NCBI GenBank assembly: GCA_048939765.1
Contig: JBHLPF010000043.1
Span: 1 to 23,918, forward strand
Direction: 5' to 3'
Length of the DNA: 23,918 bases
Source: Promethearchaeota archaeon
GTDB lineage: Archaea > Asgardarchaeota > Thorarchaeia > Thorarchaeales > Thorarchaeaceae
Shown here: positions 9,001 to 18,800 of the stretch, one piece after another
Numbering within the stretch: position 1 is the stretch's first letter
Layout: each line of letters starts with the position of its first letter
Position numbers and translations under genes: made by a program
The notes under the pieces: model-generated
The model's input: only the letters and a program-made list of their open reading frames with translations
Told to the model about the DNA's origin: nothing
The model's database searches: none

Positions 9001-9753
9001 CTTCCAATTGGAGTCATTTGCATTATTGGTGCCATCCTCTGGTCGAGACTGTTCAGTCTGCCAAAACGACTGAGAGAACTTCGTGGAATGGTGAGAACTA
9101 TCAGCCGTGGTCGTATTCCGAAGGTGCCTGATGGCGTCCAGAACAGAAGGGAGATGCTTACTGGTCTCTTCAACGAAATCGTAGCACCAATTGGGATTGT
9201 CAGGTCAGCTGATAGTATGCCCGAATATTCCCTGACAGCTGAAGTTCCAGAGTTGGAGGAACTGCTAATTCAGCTGTCTATCCTGACAGAATTAAGGCCC
9301 GAAGAGCTAGATGAATTTCGAGCAGATGTATCAAAAATGAAGCCCAGCGAGCAGGCGGCTTTCATTAAGGAAGTAATCGATCAAGAACTAATCAAACACT
9401 CTAAGAAGGAAAAGAAGAGCATTGAGAAGATCCGGGAAGAAACCTTAGCACAGGCAAGAGCACAGATCGCTGGAGAAGAGATTGCTCCTCCATCAGAACC
9501 AGTAGTTATTGAAGAGGAGCCACTTCCTGAAGAATCTGAACAGAAACGACCTGACCTCACAAAGGCAAAGGACGAATTGCCACCTGATTTAGTCAGCGTG
9601 GAAGAGATTCGAGCTATACGTAGGAAACTAGTCGAGGCAGGAATTGGAGGCGGCGAACTGGAAACAATTATGGAGCAAGTTCAAGAGCTTCCAAAGGAGC
9701 TGGTTGAAGACCTCATCAATAGCATTCTCAAGAAGGGAGGTGACAAGCCATGA
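1..9753 (+). CDS. Giant single-pass membrane-anchored surface glycoprotein A (5'-partial): DUF2341 + LamG cassette, 23 Ig-like repeats, C-terminal TM helix, ~236-aa cytoplasmic tail
   Basis: Frame +1 has no stop from base 1 (TIGFRTSLGIHTSGLSYTDDYLPGTSFSIVNGSLAVWTANVLVSPPP). This aligns with internal ORF2 sequence (LDSNMMPGTSFSTANGTDVTWTANVLISPPP), so TTG 100 is not the real start and the gene begins upstream of the window. The ectodomain is beta-rich and T/S/Y/D-rich with many N-x-S/T sequons. A hydrophobic helix at ~8989-9042 is followed by basic residues. Confidence 0.92.
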   Translation, partial: TIGFRTSLGIHTSGLSYTDDYLPGTSFSIVNGSLAVWTANVLVSPPPEIESISFELSYPEGEWYPFSVKSPSGLEKSFAADWTCFDGRLIVASTAIDEYGMWRIQFQDRNHVFETQMGPAGGPYSSSGEFSIGEDIVLRSWSSGTMSSAITIDLTDPSGSTWYSGLTTFQGLRFTLPYSHRKYLTISHQNVAEDLVNFPVLVDMYDTDLRTDVRSDGRDIAFAIGEVTLAHEIELFDQTFNSTHAHLAAWVKVPLLSGSSDTAISMYYGNPLAPIVYDSGPVWDSGYLGVWHLSESGTGALDEYLDSSQYKNHGQGGEGAATFVPTQVSGKIGFGQDFNNLDGNYDLIDCGDSPLWNIDGYQLTLEAWVQHDITPNTHIYGIMNHKGWYNGYSLWINNGEGSTLKPVFNVQGETHQLVGANDVTGGSWHHVVATYDGTLMRIYVDGVQDPNVLQKSDTILASTAEQGFWIGHGDQPKDVGWSGEYEGQIDEVRISDVTRSAGWIQTQFQNQDNPSSFFSVSAEQSPGYSESESIALDSSAPAGVWHATARLTDSGFNVGHRVGIFSRSFVVKRGASLKLTAPGDAISDGISAKLIGEGLHVEYELSDLLTSLPISGATMTMNWTVGGVPAQVQLNDYGDGRYGKVLNTTDLGTAQRWRFELTSSHQYYSDASSVFFLDLSHQTYLTYEPPSDTAYGDDFTIRVTLRDLFNSQPLANAGFASNGTIVGMPVDYGNGTYLLTIDSSSLSTGAHTFRFTATPADSYRLSSSIDVQFVYREVATDAYPQSSDPVEIPWRQQATVTIHWYDLDHSGIGIEGGTASIVPSVTIQTADVGGGDYTLTIDTSSYLVGTYAFDVTLSKANYQDATTIVTVIVKVHSTSLSADYSPSTPVGTNTYFDISFLDIDGGSVGIGVGNLSQVTLDWGSGPQAFFPYGFSLDTSAWPIGVYTINITVYASIAPRYYSDATISVDLEIRKLEAYVSWEHLEPFPNGDDFIMFVHLNISEPGTLIDGDPINGLTQAYFTARNETGWQYTLESFAFLGEGRYQIAIDQSNFLEGEYTIVVYVDFLPAENYLDSQTPVITFTYRPILTYLSSDDYPTVTTTYDTNVTITLNYVDIDNNVNITTGWITAEGASITWLHLGDGIYEVLVIVQDWDLGTHEVNITADAPSYQAKTLTFEVLVQIAYAYARSSESSIDLPLGDTAIFYVDYWDIIHDEAILGATIDHNWTHALTVIWTGSQYRVELPSLDTDSLGSFFILFNVSKGSNYQFGYFNVSLTLRTHYTDFRLGSAVEPTTYIGMVNISVYYGDLDNDIGITSQYANASVYSDTRWIDASLENDTSQGDGYYIIRFPASILGPEGIFNFTVYFNWTGPSQQFYNGIIIASVNIIGEESNLGLEDSPGPTPYLENMTYTYFYSELYSGQGISNASTGNVFIFVDFIGESIDPSLVTILEGLPGHYSIEFNSTIFGRPGVFSMTVQVNWSVSAEPAYGNQTDTITVRVIPRNTVVSVTPPDNTAYGVNATFSFSYDDVSGAIPSAIPRDSQMIVNMNLPDYTISYNSTTRQFHVSFNTSVLGASLGSKQFTISITWIGSPFYANITARTIFLTVSNRETSLDFATPSPTPYGEMATFTVTYLDVAGAAPSPIDDGTIALYNDSQPVPVSFYSYVPVGNGQYTIELNTSYFSRPDSYNLEIQITTTHFYYLDATGSRILNVRYRITTLTAESVGIVSYNSSIPIVLHYSDLFSLTPIGNSSLLTGIEILNGSSWHFTADWRGVSQDYLVTVQTFNQILYVDTDYVLWIRFTYADAAPFYLPAETFVSFRLRGRTTYLDVTESPLPTPYLDFVNFTVTYRDLESSARIGGANIVLSIDTVDLIEGTEYILQTSGDGIYYLSINTTAIGTPGTTKSLVVTAEWTSGAPYYTDCTIALTVSVLVRPASVRIISSPSQVRFLDNITFVFSYSDDNTDDFISLTKSMVSIYSAGSLLQGSDFMMAFVGNGYRIGINSAILSPNLVTNWNVTVFVDWSFTVAPYYSDDAASVGVTVINRVGSISLGNAPATPIGDNMTLAFSYEDQDNGLGIGDAIVVFDCLSPSGLAEDVDFWVVRGVGIEFGEYTILVDTDKLTGVGLYTFSLRLQWNPSVAPYYRNASEVFLVGSVRLIQSQLEYEEPTPTTVPINDNVSVVLTLADADHLLPIAGAENNISVTYKSDGSTPSIWSITVVAPGMYGLVVNCTDAGSSGTNALVIQIDLSNYQFAEVQVPIQIRARQGVLTKVESPEAYFGEQTYAIVELVDIDASSAPIQDAILNRIWPETSSYIYIGNGMYNITLDTTSLDADLYTLIVSAQKADYFIPEISISIRVLSIPTGIILPQTVPDVYWGESVSIWAIFNDTRSGTLIPGATVSYQFGILSGSLAEGAPGNYSFTIDTGNLPLATTYLVSISASLDNYVTVTGQITVNILRLNLELTIVDGLNSQEIYKGEPANITVFVRDAYNDVPLTGASVSAKWVFDLVGVSLTPVPGMDGYYTGLITTAAASPTTYSIVVSVEKTNYLTTTSSAEVEIKQILTRVDLDPLTETYGSRIFNWTDTIRIGVFVLVPSLNDTGLSNCTVTWLLSGTFLTGEFLNGSSIGGPGYFYYDFNTWEFNATTYTLRFTAYPWIGAFDTSSNMTTITIRPVQTTVESSFVPPKVWGWAGWVNLTYWNLMEDRGVVAAEVGIDWEGIEQRSRYAIDGIYQVWVNTSLVGPGVYTMVVSFLKQNYEGGTGVITLTVVEVPTEIAVYAPSQYKIEGNALNLQIPYGDSLSITLFYNDTWYNRGISNASELTSVIIGPSIPDKDNLLISELSSGNYSLFIDSSRWIVSDTRYRIVVNLGLENRSRSTLNLYVTIINIPTALTANQETIPMSYSQTTTVLVFYYDIWEGHNNRGLPDGDVNATSLNEEFVVARVMPQEGMDPGWYEITLLSQRSQGSVVVLIELSKENCESAIVSVAVSVEPSDFDLLLERSLLYGLPIGVICIIGAILWSRLFSLPKRLRELRGMVRTISRGRIPKVPDGVQNRREMLTGLFNEIVAPIGIVRSADSMPEYSLTAEVPELEELLIQLSILTELRPEELDEFRADVSKMKPSEQAAFIKEVIDQELIKHSKKEKKSIEKIREETLAQARAQIAGEEIAPPSEPVVIEEEPLPEESEQKRPDLTKAKDELPPDLVSVEEIRAIRRKLVEAGIGGGELETIMEQVQELPKELVEDLINSILKKGGDKP
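532..1572 (+). other. DUF2341 + LamG (concanavalin A-like jelly-roll) cassette in ORF1
   Basis: DUF2341-type motifs RKYLTI..V..DL.NFPVLV...DG.DI.F...L.HEIE.F...AWVKVP.LS...MYYGN. These are followed by GVWHLSE/DSS..NHG and LamG motifs TLEAWV, WHHVVATYDG..MRIYVDG, GQIDEVRIS...RS.GWI. Confidence 0.85.
1717..8958 (+). repeat. Stalk of 23 tandem divergent Ig-like beta-sandwich repeats (~95-115 aa each) in ORF1
   Basis: Recurring protein pattern [R/I]xTxL...P..(Y/W/I)G(D/E)....(Y/F)xD....(G/P)IxGA.....(D)xGxGxY.....(N/D)T..L..GxY.......Y. I counted 23 units by hand. The repeat is visible at protein level only; the Ig fold is inferred. Confidence 0.75.
8989..9042 (+). other. C-terminal transmembrane helix of ORF1
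   Basis: LLYGLPIGVICIIGAILW followed by the basic segment SRLFSLPKRLRELRGMVRTISRGRIPK (positive-inside rule). Confidence 0.85.
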
Positions 9754-9755
9754 TG
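9736..9755 (+). promoter_or_regulatory. Shine-Dalgarno GGAGGTGA plus ATGA(TG) start/stop overlap coupling ORF1 to ORF2
   Basis: GGAGGTGA at 9736-9743 lies 6 nt before ATG 9750. That ATG overlaps the ORF1 stop TGA (9751-9753). A second in-frame ATG is at 9753. Confidence 0.85.
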
Positions 9756-9896
9756 CCCTCTTCGTCCAGAATCCCCTCTCTGAGAATGAGAAACAAGACA
9801 CGAAATCTGCTGTTTCAATTGGTGGTGGTAGGAATACTAATCCTGGTCGTTTCTCCAGTTCCTAGTTTTATCTCTAGCAGTAATATGGCAGAGGCT
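9750..9896 (+). other. Sec-type signal peptide / N-terminal signal anchor of ORF2
   Basis: Basic n-region, h-region LLFQLVVVGILILVV, and a possible A-x-A cleavage site AEA|YP at 9888-9896. The cleavage position is uncertain. Confidence 0.7.
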
Positions 9897-12800
9897 TATC
9901 CCGCATCACAGGTCCAATGGACAGACAATTGGGCCCAATCAGAAGGCCAGTCTTATGCAGGAAGTGGTGCACCACAGGATATTACCCTAAACGGAGCAAT
10001 CACCAATGATTCACAGGAGCTAGAGCTGATTGACCCGTCTGCGCCAACGGCGGTAACTATCAGTGCACCTCAAGGCTGGTCAGGCACGTCATTGAGCGGA
10101 ACCATGGATCACATTTCTACTCGATTCACTCCGATCAAGAATGGACTGCTTGATACATACCATACTGAACGCACTATAGTATCTGGTTGGCCTTGGAGTT
10201 CACAAGAATACAATGTGCCAGATAATTGGGCCATAATCGATGAGGGCGAAGACCCCGTGCATCCCTATTACGGCCATCTCTACTTCCATAGTTATTCAGC
10301 AAACGGTATGCAGGGGTCCATGGGATGGAGATTCACTGCGAACTATGGCACAACTAACTCTCTAGACACAAGCGATAGGATTTTCCTTTGCCAGCAGATA
10401 GGTATGCCTTGGAGAGAGCTCTACTCAGCGGAAGTATCTCTTCGCTACTACGTGCGAAGTCAATCAACCATGAATGACTACTTCTATCTTTTTGTCGGCC
10501 TTGGTGACTTTGAATCAAGGGTTCATGTATTCGAGTCAGGTGACACAACTGATGAGTGGCTCCAATATGACGTCGAAGTTCCAGCCTCCGCCTTTGATGA
10601 ATATCCGATTCCGGGGGCAATAGAATTGAGAATAGGCATCGGAACAGAATACTCAGGATTGCCAGCAGCCACCATTGACCATCAAGTTCTCATTGATGAG
10701 GTGGATTTGGTTCTTGAAGCACGACCACTTCCAGAACAAATAGGTCTTAGTGCTAACCAGACACTTATCACTAGTTCAATAGCAGGCAGTGTTTCACCAT
10801 ATGTGCCTGATGGGGCATCAAGAGATTGCTTCAGTCGATCTGACACTGGAATTAGCACTTCCAGTGCACTGAGAGTGGGCGTATATAGCTCCAGTGGATC
10901 ATCATGGGATGATATAATTAAGTATCAGATAGGAATTCAATTCCCCTTGGAAATACCGCAAGGTGCGATAATCACATATGCTGCATTGGAAGTAGAGGCA
11001 TTAGGCTACCTTGGCGGGGGTGACAATTCGCTACGTGTTCTTGTAGCTGAAGAAGATAATGTTTCACCCTTTACAAACGGCCTACCTAATCTCGAGGATA
11101 GATATACTTGGAGTAATACAAGTGTCGCATGGATACAAGATACATGGGAGAACTATTTCAGGTATAGAACACCAGATATGTCTTCGCTTGTACAGAGTGT
11201 TATATCTCGTTCTGGCTGGGACAGTGGAAACTACATCGGCGTCATGATTGACTACATGAACTCAGATCAATACCGTGATTGGAACTCTATTAGGGGCACA
11301 TATAGCTACGGCGGCCTAGACTTGGCTACATTCTATGTGGAATTTCTAGTACCTCAAGAAGAGGACACTATTTCCATCCTCGAATACAAGAAGGATTTGA
11401 CAATCGACCACACGAAGGTGAGCTCAGACCTAGAGGACTTCCCTGTTCTGGTTGACATCTATGACAGCGATCTCAAGACTGATGCTCGACAAGATGGGAA
11501 AGACATCAAGTTCACAGTTGGCTCAGAAATACTAGACCACGAAATAGAACTCTTTGACTCCGATTATAATTCAACTCATGCGCATCTTGTAGCTTGGGTG
11601 AATGTTCCTTTGCTTTCTGCTTCAACAGACACCACGGTCACAATGTCGTATGGAGCTCCAGATGCAAGCATCCCAGAAAATCCCCATCGGATTTGGGACG
11701 ACTATGAGAGCGTGTGGCATCTCTCAGAACAATCCGGCAATGGTTCGTTCATTGAAGACTCGAGCCAGAATTACCACAATGGTATGCCTGTGCAAACAAC
11801 CTTTATGCAAAATGCAAGAATAGGTGATGCCCGGTATTTCCAAGATGCAGTTGGCAATTATATCCCATTCATAGATGGCGACGATATATTCGACGGATGG
11901 GGAGACTTCCAGTTTTCATTTTGGGTCTACTTTGATTATTCAAGCGATGCTGAATGGACAGATGTAGAACCCCTAATCTTTGAGAAAGGCACAAGTATTA
12001 CTCTCGTAAGGACTTTCAGACAGTCTACTGGCTGGCCACCTGACATTGCTTCGTTCCAGCCCGATATTCATTTTAATAGTGGACACAATAGCTGGGTGAA
12101 TATCGGTGTGAAACGTCAGACTTGGAACTACATTGTGTACAAGTACGATAGCACAGGGGACGGAGTATTACGAGGATATAGCTATGCAGATGGTTCACTG
12201 CTCGATTCATCTTCAGATTCAGGCATGGGAGTGGGCGACCGATTGAGAGATGACCTGAATATTTTCATGCTTGGCATATATGGAGGAGGCCAAGTTCACC
12301 TTGGTGGGATAGACGAGTTTCGGACAATGATGGGTTACAAGTCAGTGGACTGGATCCAGACCGAATATGCAAACCAGTATGACCCATCCAGCTTTCTCAA
12401 TGTCGGCACGCAACAGAGTGTGCAGTTTGGACAGAACGCAACGTTGCTCTTCACCACAGATGCCCCATCGGTTGTAAGTATTCTTCCAAGGATGACACTT
12501 GATATCACCGATCAAGAGACCACACTTGATTCAAATATGATGCCAGGAACATCATTCTCCACTGCAAACGGAACAGATGTGACGTGGACTGCGAATGTAT
12601 TGATTAGTCCTCCACCAGGTGCTACTGACATCAGCCTGACCGTGGAGAAACTGTCAACATGGACTCTCCACAGTGTAACCGATTCATTCGATGAAATCAG
12701 GACATCTGAAGTGACCGGCACAGCAACGCAAGTCGTGGTTCCGTCATCCGCGATTGATGTTTATGGAGTCTGGAGCTTCGCATTCACATCTCCAAACGAA

Positions 12801-15800
12801 GCCAGCAATCTTGAATGTGCTGCTGGAGGCGGCTCATATGATATGACGACAGTGGTGCAACCAGGTCAATCACTAGACTTCAGAGGAACAGCTTCAGTAA
12901 TTCCTGGTTCCGCGATGAAACTTACACTTGTTGATCCTAATGACCAGATCTCCTATTCGTCATTTGATTTTTCGCAAGATGGGAGTGGGCAGTTTGAGTG
13001 GACAGGTATTGCCGTGGACAGTACTTGGCCACGTGGAACATGGGTTGCGTATGTAGATTTCAATGACACCGCAGGAGCATTCCCGCTTTATGTTGGCAGA
13101 TATAGCAGAGAGTTTATTGTGAAACATACTTCATCTTTAGAACTTCAGGCCCCTGGTGACGCGATTGGAGACAAATTATCAGTAAGAACAGCAGGCGACT
13201 TATTGCTGGTCGAAGTTCATCTTACGGACACGGACACATCTGAAAACGTGTCAGGCTCCACAGTGATAATGAATTGGACCATTTCAGGTGCACCGACACA
13301 GGTGCAGCTAGAGGACTATGGAGATGGCTCTTATGGCAAAGCTCTGAATACATCTGATCTTGGCCTGCCTGGGATGTGGAGAATCAATATCCAATCGAAT
13401 CATCCTTATCTTGCAGACTCCTCTACTTTCTTTGACCTTGAGCTGTCGCATCCCACATACATATCATATGAAACACCAGACACTACTGCCTATAGTGATG
13501 ATTTTGCTGTCAAGGTGACTCTTTATGATGCGATAAACAGCAATGCATATCCTTCGGCCACAATCACCTCGAATGGTACTCTCGTTGGTGTTCCTGTTGA
13601 TTATGGAAACGGAACTTATCTGGTCCAGATTGACTCAGCTGGTCTTGAACTGGGCACATACGGTTTCCAGATTAATGCCGTACCTAGTCAGAGTTTCGTG
13701 CTTGGGAGTAGCATAGATGTAGTCTTTGTATACAGAAGGATTAGCACAGAGCTTGCTCAGCTTGGTGCCAGTCCAATAAGCATCCCATGGGGTCAGACAG
13801 TCAATGCGACTCTGAAATGGCAGGACATGGACCACGGGAAAACTGGCGTATTAGGAGGGATATTGACTGGTGATGCAACCTTCCAGTACACTGACCTCTT
13901 GGATGGGACTTACTCGATTGAGATTGATGTGAGTGGGAATGCAGTTGGCCTCTACCTGTTCAACTTCTCAATCAGCAAGTCCTACTATACGATGGATCAA
14001 ATCACAGTCGCAGTGAGTGTGATTCCCCATAGGACGACACTGGTAGTAACCTACAATAGCTCAGTACCCATCGGTACGAACACATACTTTAGCTTGGCAT
14101 ATCATGATATGGACACAGGCGGTGCTGAAATTCCAGGCAATTTCTCATCAGTTCAGGTTCAGTGGAACGGTGGATTAGCTCCGTTTGGTTCAAAGGCGTT
14201 CTGGCTTCAAACTACGCAGTGGGGACTTGGTTCTCACACATTGAATCTGACGCTATTCGCAACATCTTCACCAAGGTTCTATTACGATGGACACACTGCA
14301 GTGATCATCGAGATAGGAAAGGTGAAAACAGGTTTCAATTGGGCTCCTATTGATAGCTTCCCAGTTGGGGATGATTTCGCAATACCTCTCTTCTTGACCG
14401 TGGATGAATATGTATCAATATACGATGGCACCTCAATTGATGGTCTCGATGTGAGCTACTTTGACGCTCAAGATAAAGACGGCACACCGTACACGATTAA
14501 GAGCCTCTCAGCCTTGGGCAATGGAGAATATCTCCTCACGATTGACCAAGCATTTTTCTCAGTTGGTACCTATACAATTCGGATAATCATCACTTTTGGA
14601 GCAGCGGAGAATTACACCAGCACTCAGACGCCCATCATCAATTTTGCATACAGTCAAGCACGTAGCGAACTAACTTCTCCAGACTATCCGACAATGACGA
14701 TATCATATAGTACGGACGCCTCAATCACACTGGAGTTCATAGATATAGATCGAGGTCAGGGAATCGATACTGCATCTGTTACAGTTGTCGGTGCAACAGA
14801 ATTGAGTGAGAACTTGATAAGCAGTGGTAGATACAGAGTTGTTATAGACACTTCAAGCTGGAGCATTGGAGGAGATAATGTGACTCTGATAGTGTCTGCT
14901 CCAAACTATCAGAGCAAGAACATGACTATATACATACAAGTGCGGCAAATCAGAACCTATGCAATAGCAACTATTGGCTTCTTAGATATACCAGTGGGAG
15001 ATTCGAAGATTTTCTATGTAGATTACATGGATTTGGACCACGACACGACCATAGGACTTGCGGAGGGTGCGATTGGTTCATGTAATTGGACTTCCAGCCA
15101 TTACGATGTAGCTTGGACTGGAACTCGTTGGAAGGTCACCATCACCACTTATGACACTGATAGTCTTGACTCCTACTTCCTAATGTTTGATTTCTCAGCT
15201 GGTGCTGAGTATGAAGTAGCCTATTTCAATATGTCAGTAGTTATTCGAACCATTGATACTGAATTACGACTAATCACGCCGGCAGAAACTACAACCGCAA
15301 CAGGTCAAGTACAGATATCCGTTTACTACGGAGACCGTGACCACGCCCTAGGCATTGTATCATCCGATGTTTCCTGTACAGTAAGAAACAGCACGGACAC
15401 ACTCACTATCTCATGGGTCAATGGTTCAGCTGACGGTTATTATGATATCACTATCGATGCATCGCAGTTCGGAAAACTTGGAAATCAACAACTTAATATC
15501 ATTTTCAATTGGACAGGGAGCATACAGAAGTACCAAGATAAGTTCCTTCTCACCTCAGCCGAGGTAGTTGGCGAGGATTCCGAGATCGTGCTAATTGATG
15601 CTACTCCCGCGACTCCATGTCTGGGCTATATGGATTATACATTCCTGTACATGGATTCCTCAGGTTTCGGCATAACCAACAACACATCTGATGTGTTTAT
15701 CCGTGTCGAATTCAGCGGGCTGGCTATTGATTACTCTCAGATTGACATCCTGGAAGTTGACAACATTGCTAGTCCTGGCTATTACTCTATTGGCTTCAAT

Positions 15801-18800
15801 AACACGATCCTTGGCAGCACCGGCCTATTCTCAATGAGGGTATTCATCAATTGGTCCCAAGGTGCTTGGCCATATTATACAAACCGGACGGATGTGATTT
15901 CTGTAAGGGTCCTCCCCAGAGATACACTACTCTCTATAGTACCACCAACCAGCGTGGCTTTTGGTGAGAACGCGACATTCACATTCACGTACGAAGACAT
16001 TACTGGAGGAACCTCCAGTACTATTGCCAATGACGCTGCAATGGCCATTTCATTGAGCCTTGCTGAGTTCACATTGGACTATGATTCTTTGGGTGGAATC
16101 TTCACAGTTTCGTTCAATACAAGTCAATTCGGGGCTCCCCTAGGTGAAAGGACATTCACCTTGAGCGTGTCTTGGTCAGGAATTCCATTCTATGCCAACA
16201 AGACTGGCAAGTTGATATCGTTGACAGTATCAGACAGGCAGACTGTGCTGACATATCCAACACCTCCAGTAACATCCTATAACGACAACGTTACATTCAC
16301 AATTATCCTTACAGATGTTGCTGGGTCCGTTTCGAGGGGTGTGGAAGGCGCAACTATAAGCCTCTATGATGGCGCTGCCGAAATACCACAAACATATGTG
16401 AAAATCATTGAGCAAGGTCAGGGACAATATCTCATTGAACTGAACACTTCGTATTACGCCATGCCTGACAACTATATCCTAGACATCATCGCGACCCCTG
16501 CAGCATTCTACTATCTAGCTAAGAGTGGTTCGCGGACACTCACAATTGATTCTCGTGTAACTATTCTGATTGCGGAACCTCCTGGTGATACAGCTCATAA
16601 TTCATCTCTGAGAATTGTAGTTCAGTATTTGGATCTCAATACTCTAAACTCGATTGCAAACCAGAGTAGCCTCTATACACATATTCAGATACTCAATGGG
16701 TCCGGGTGGATATTCACCTGCACATGGCGGCCATCAGCGGAGAACTATTTGCTCATTGTTGAAACCTACAATCAAGCGCTGGACATTGGAACACAATATC
16801 AGCTCTGGTTAAACTTCAGCACTGAAGAACAAGCACCATTCTACAGATCGTCCACCCTCCTAGTTCCATTCCGGCTCCGTGAGAGGGATACCACTTTGGA
16901 TATCATCGCAACCGCCCTTCCAACCAGCTATTCTGACCACGCCAATTTCACTATAGAATACAAGGACATCCTATCGTTATCAGGCATAACAGGCGGAACA
17001 ATAATACTCCATCATGGTTTCAATCTCCTAAGCCAAGGCGTGGAATATCAGATCTCCATTATCGGAGTTGGTCAATACAGGATATCTGTTGATACTTCGT
17101 TCCTAGGTGCACCTGGCACCAAGACTATCACAGTGACGGCTGATTGGTCTGCAGGCGCACCCTATTACAATGACGCTTCGCGGAATGTGACCTTCATTGT
17201 CACCGAGCGGCAGACTAGTATTGAGATAACCGTTCCTCCCTCAGAAACCCAATTCCTGAATAATGTGACATTCGACTTCATATTCACAGATGCAGCCACC
17301 AGAGCGGCAATCGGAATTGTTGCCGATGATGTCAGGATATTCAGTGAAGGCATTCAGCTAGGCGCACAAGATTACAGTATCTCCATTGCCGGCAGTGGGC
17401 TACGTATCAATCTGAACTCAACCATCATCAGTGCCGCGCTTGTCAGCAATTGGAATATCACGGTAGTAGTCGTCTGGACAGGAGGAACACCCTATTATCA
17501 GGATGATCAATCCACTGTCTTTGTCACTACAACTTCAAGATCAGGCACTGTGGAATTAGATCAAGTCTTAGACACACCGCTTGGTGACAATGTCGTGCTG
17601 GGTTTGACATTCTCGGATCAGACCAAAGGCATTGGCATCACAGGTGCTTCCATTGTCTTCTCGTGTGTAGAGGTGCCAGGACTTGTCGAGGGTGTTGATT
17701 ACTGGATAACAGCCGGAGTAGGGCCAGATGCTGGCAGATATACTGTTGATGTGAGTAGTACCGCGCTTGGGAGTCTTGGCCTCTATAACTTCATACTTGA
17801 GGTAAGATGGAATCCAGTAGTTTCTCCATACTACGCAAACATCACCAATCTACTGATGAAGGGAGTTGTGAGAGCAATCCAAGTTTCGCTATCAAGTGAA
17901 TTGCCTACGCCTTCGGTTGCAGCGTTCTATCAGAATATCTCATTCATTGTTACATTCACAGATATTGACCACTCCCTGGGTATACCCGGTGCAGAAGGGG
18001 CAATCTCTTTGAAATACGATTCAACAGGTCTGGAACCATCATGTTGGTCTGTGCATTCAATTGCTGCGGGAGCCTATAACATCTCGCTCAATCTCACCGA
18101 TAGCCTCACCACAGGACTTCAATATATCACAGTCGGCATCACCCTCTTCCCCTACCAGTCAGTCACAACTCAAGCAGTCGTTGGGGTCCGCAATAGAGTA
18201 GGAGGACTTACTGCAGATGTTCCTGCAGCCAATTATGCTGGAGAACCCATCTATGTCACGGTATCTCTTGTCGATGATGATGCAGGAGGGGCGCCTCGCA
18301 GCGGTGCGTGGCTTGACCTCACCTGGGGTGACTTTGCATCATTCACGGATTTGGGCGACGGGAGCTATAATGTGACTCTCTTCACAACCGGCCTAGGCTT
18401 TGGCATACAGACTCTGAAAATCGATGTAATTCTTACACATTATACTGTTAGCACTCTTTCGGTAGAACTAGAGCTACTTGCCGTTACTTCGGAATTAATT
18501 GTGACTTGGAGCGGACCGAGACCCAATTCTCCATTAGAGATTTACTGGGGAGAACCTCTGACAATCTATGCAGCTTTCAATGACACGTTAAGAAATCAGC
18601 TAGTCACGTCTGCTACTATCGTCTACTCATGGACAGGTGGATCAGATGCGTTTGGAATAACAGGCACGCCAGGCAATTACACTGCCATTGTGGATACAAG
18701 TCCAGGTAGTGCTCATCAAACGATTACTATAAGACTAGAAGGGCAAGCACCTAATTATCTAAACACCTCTGCTCAGCTGTCATTTCAGCTACTGCCAAGA

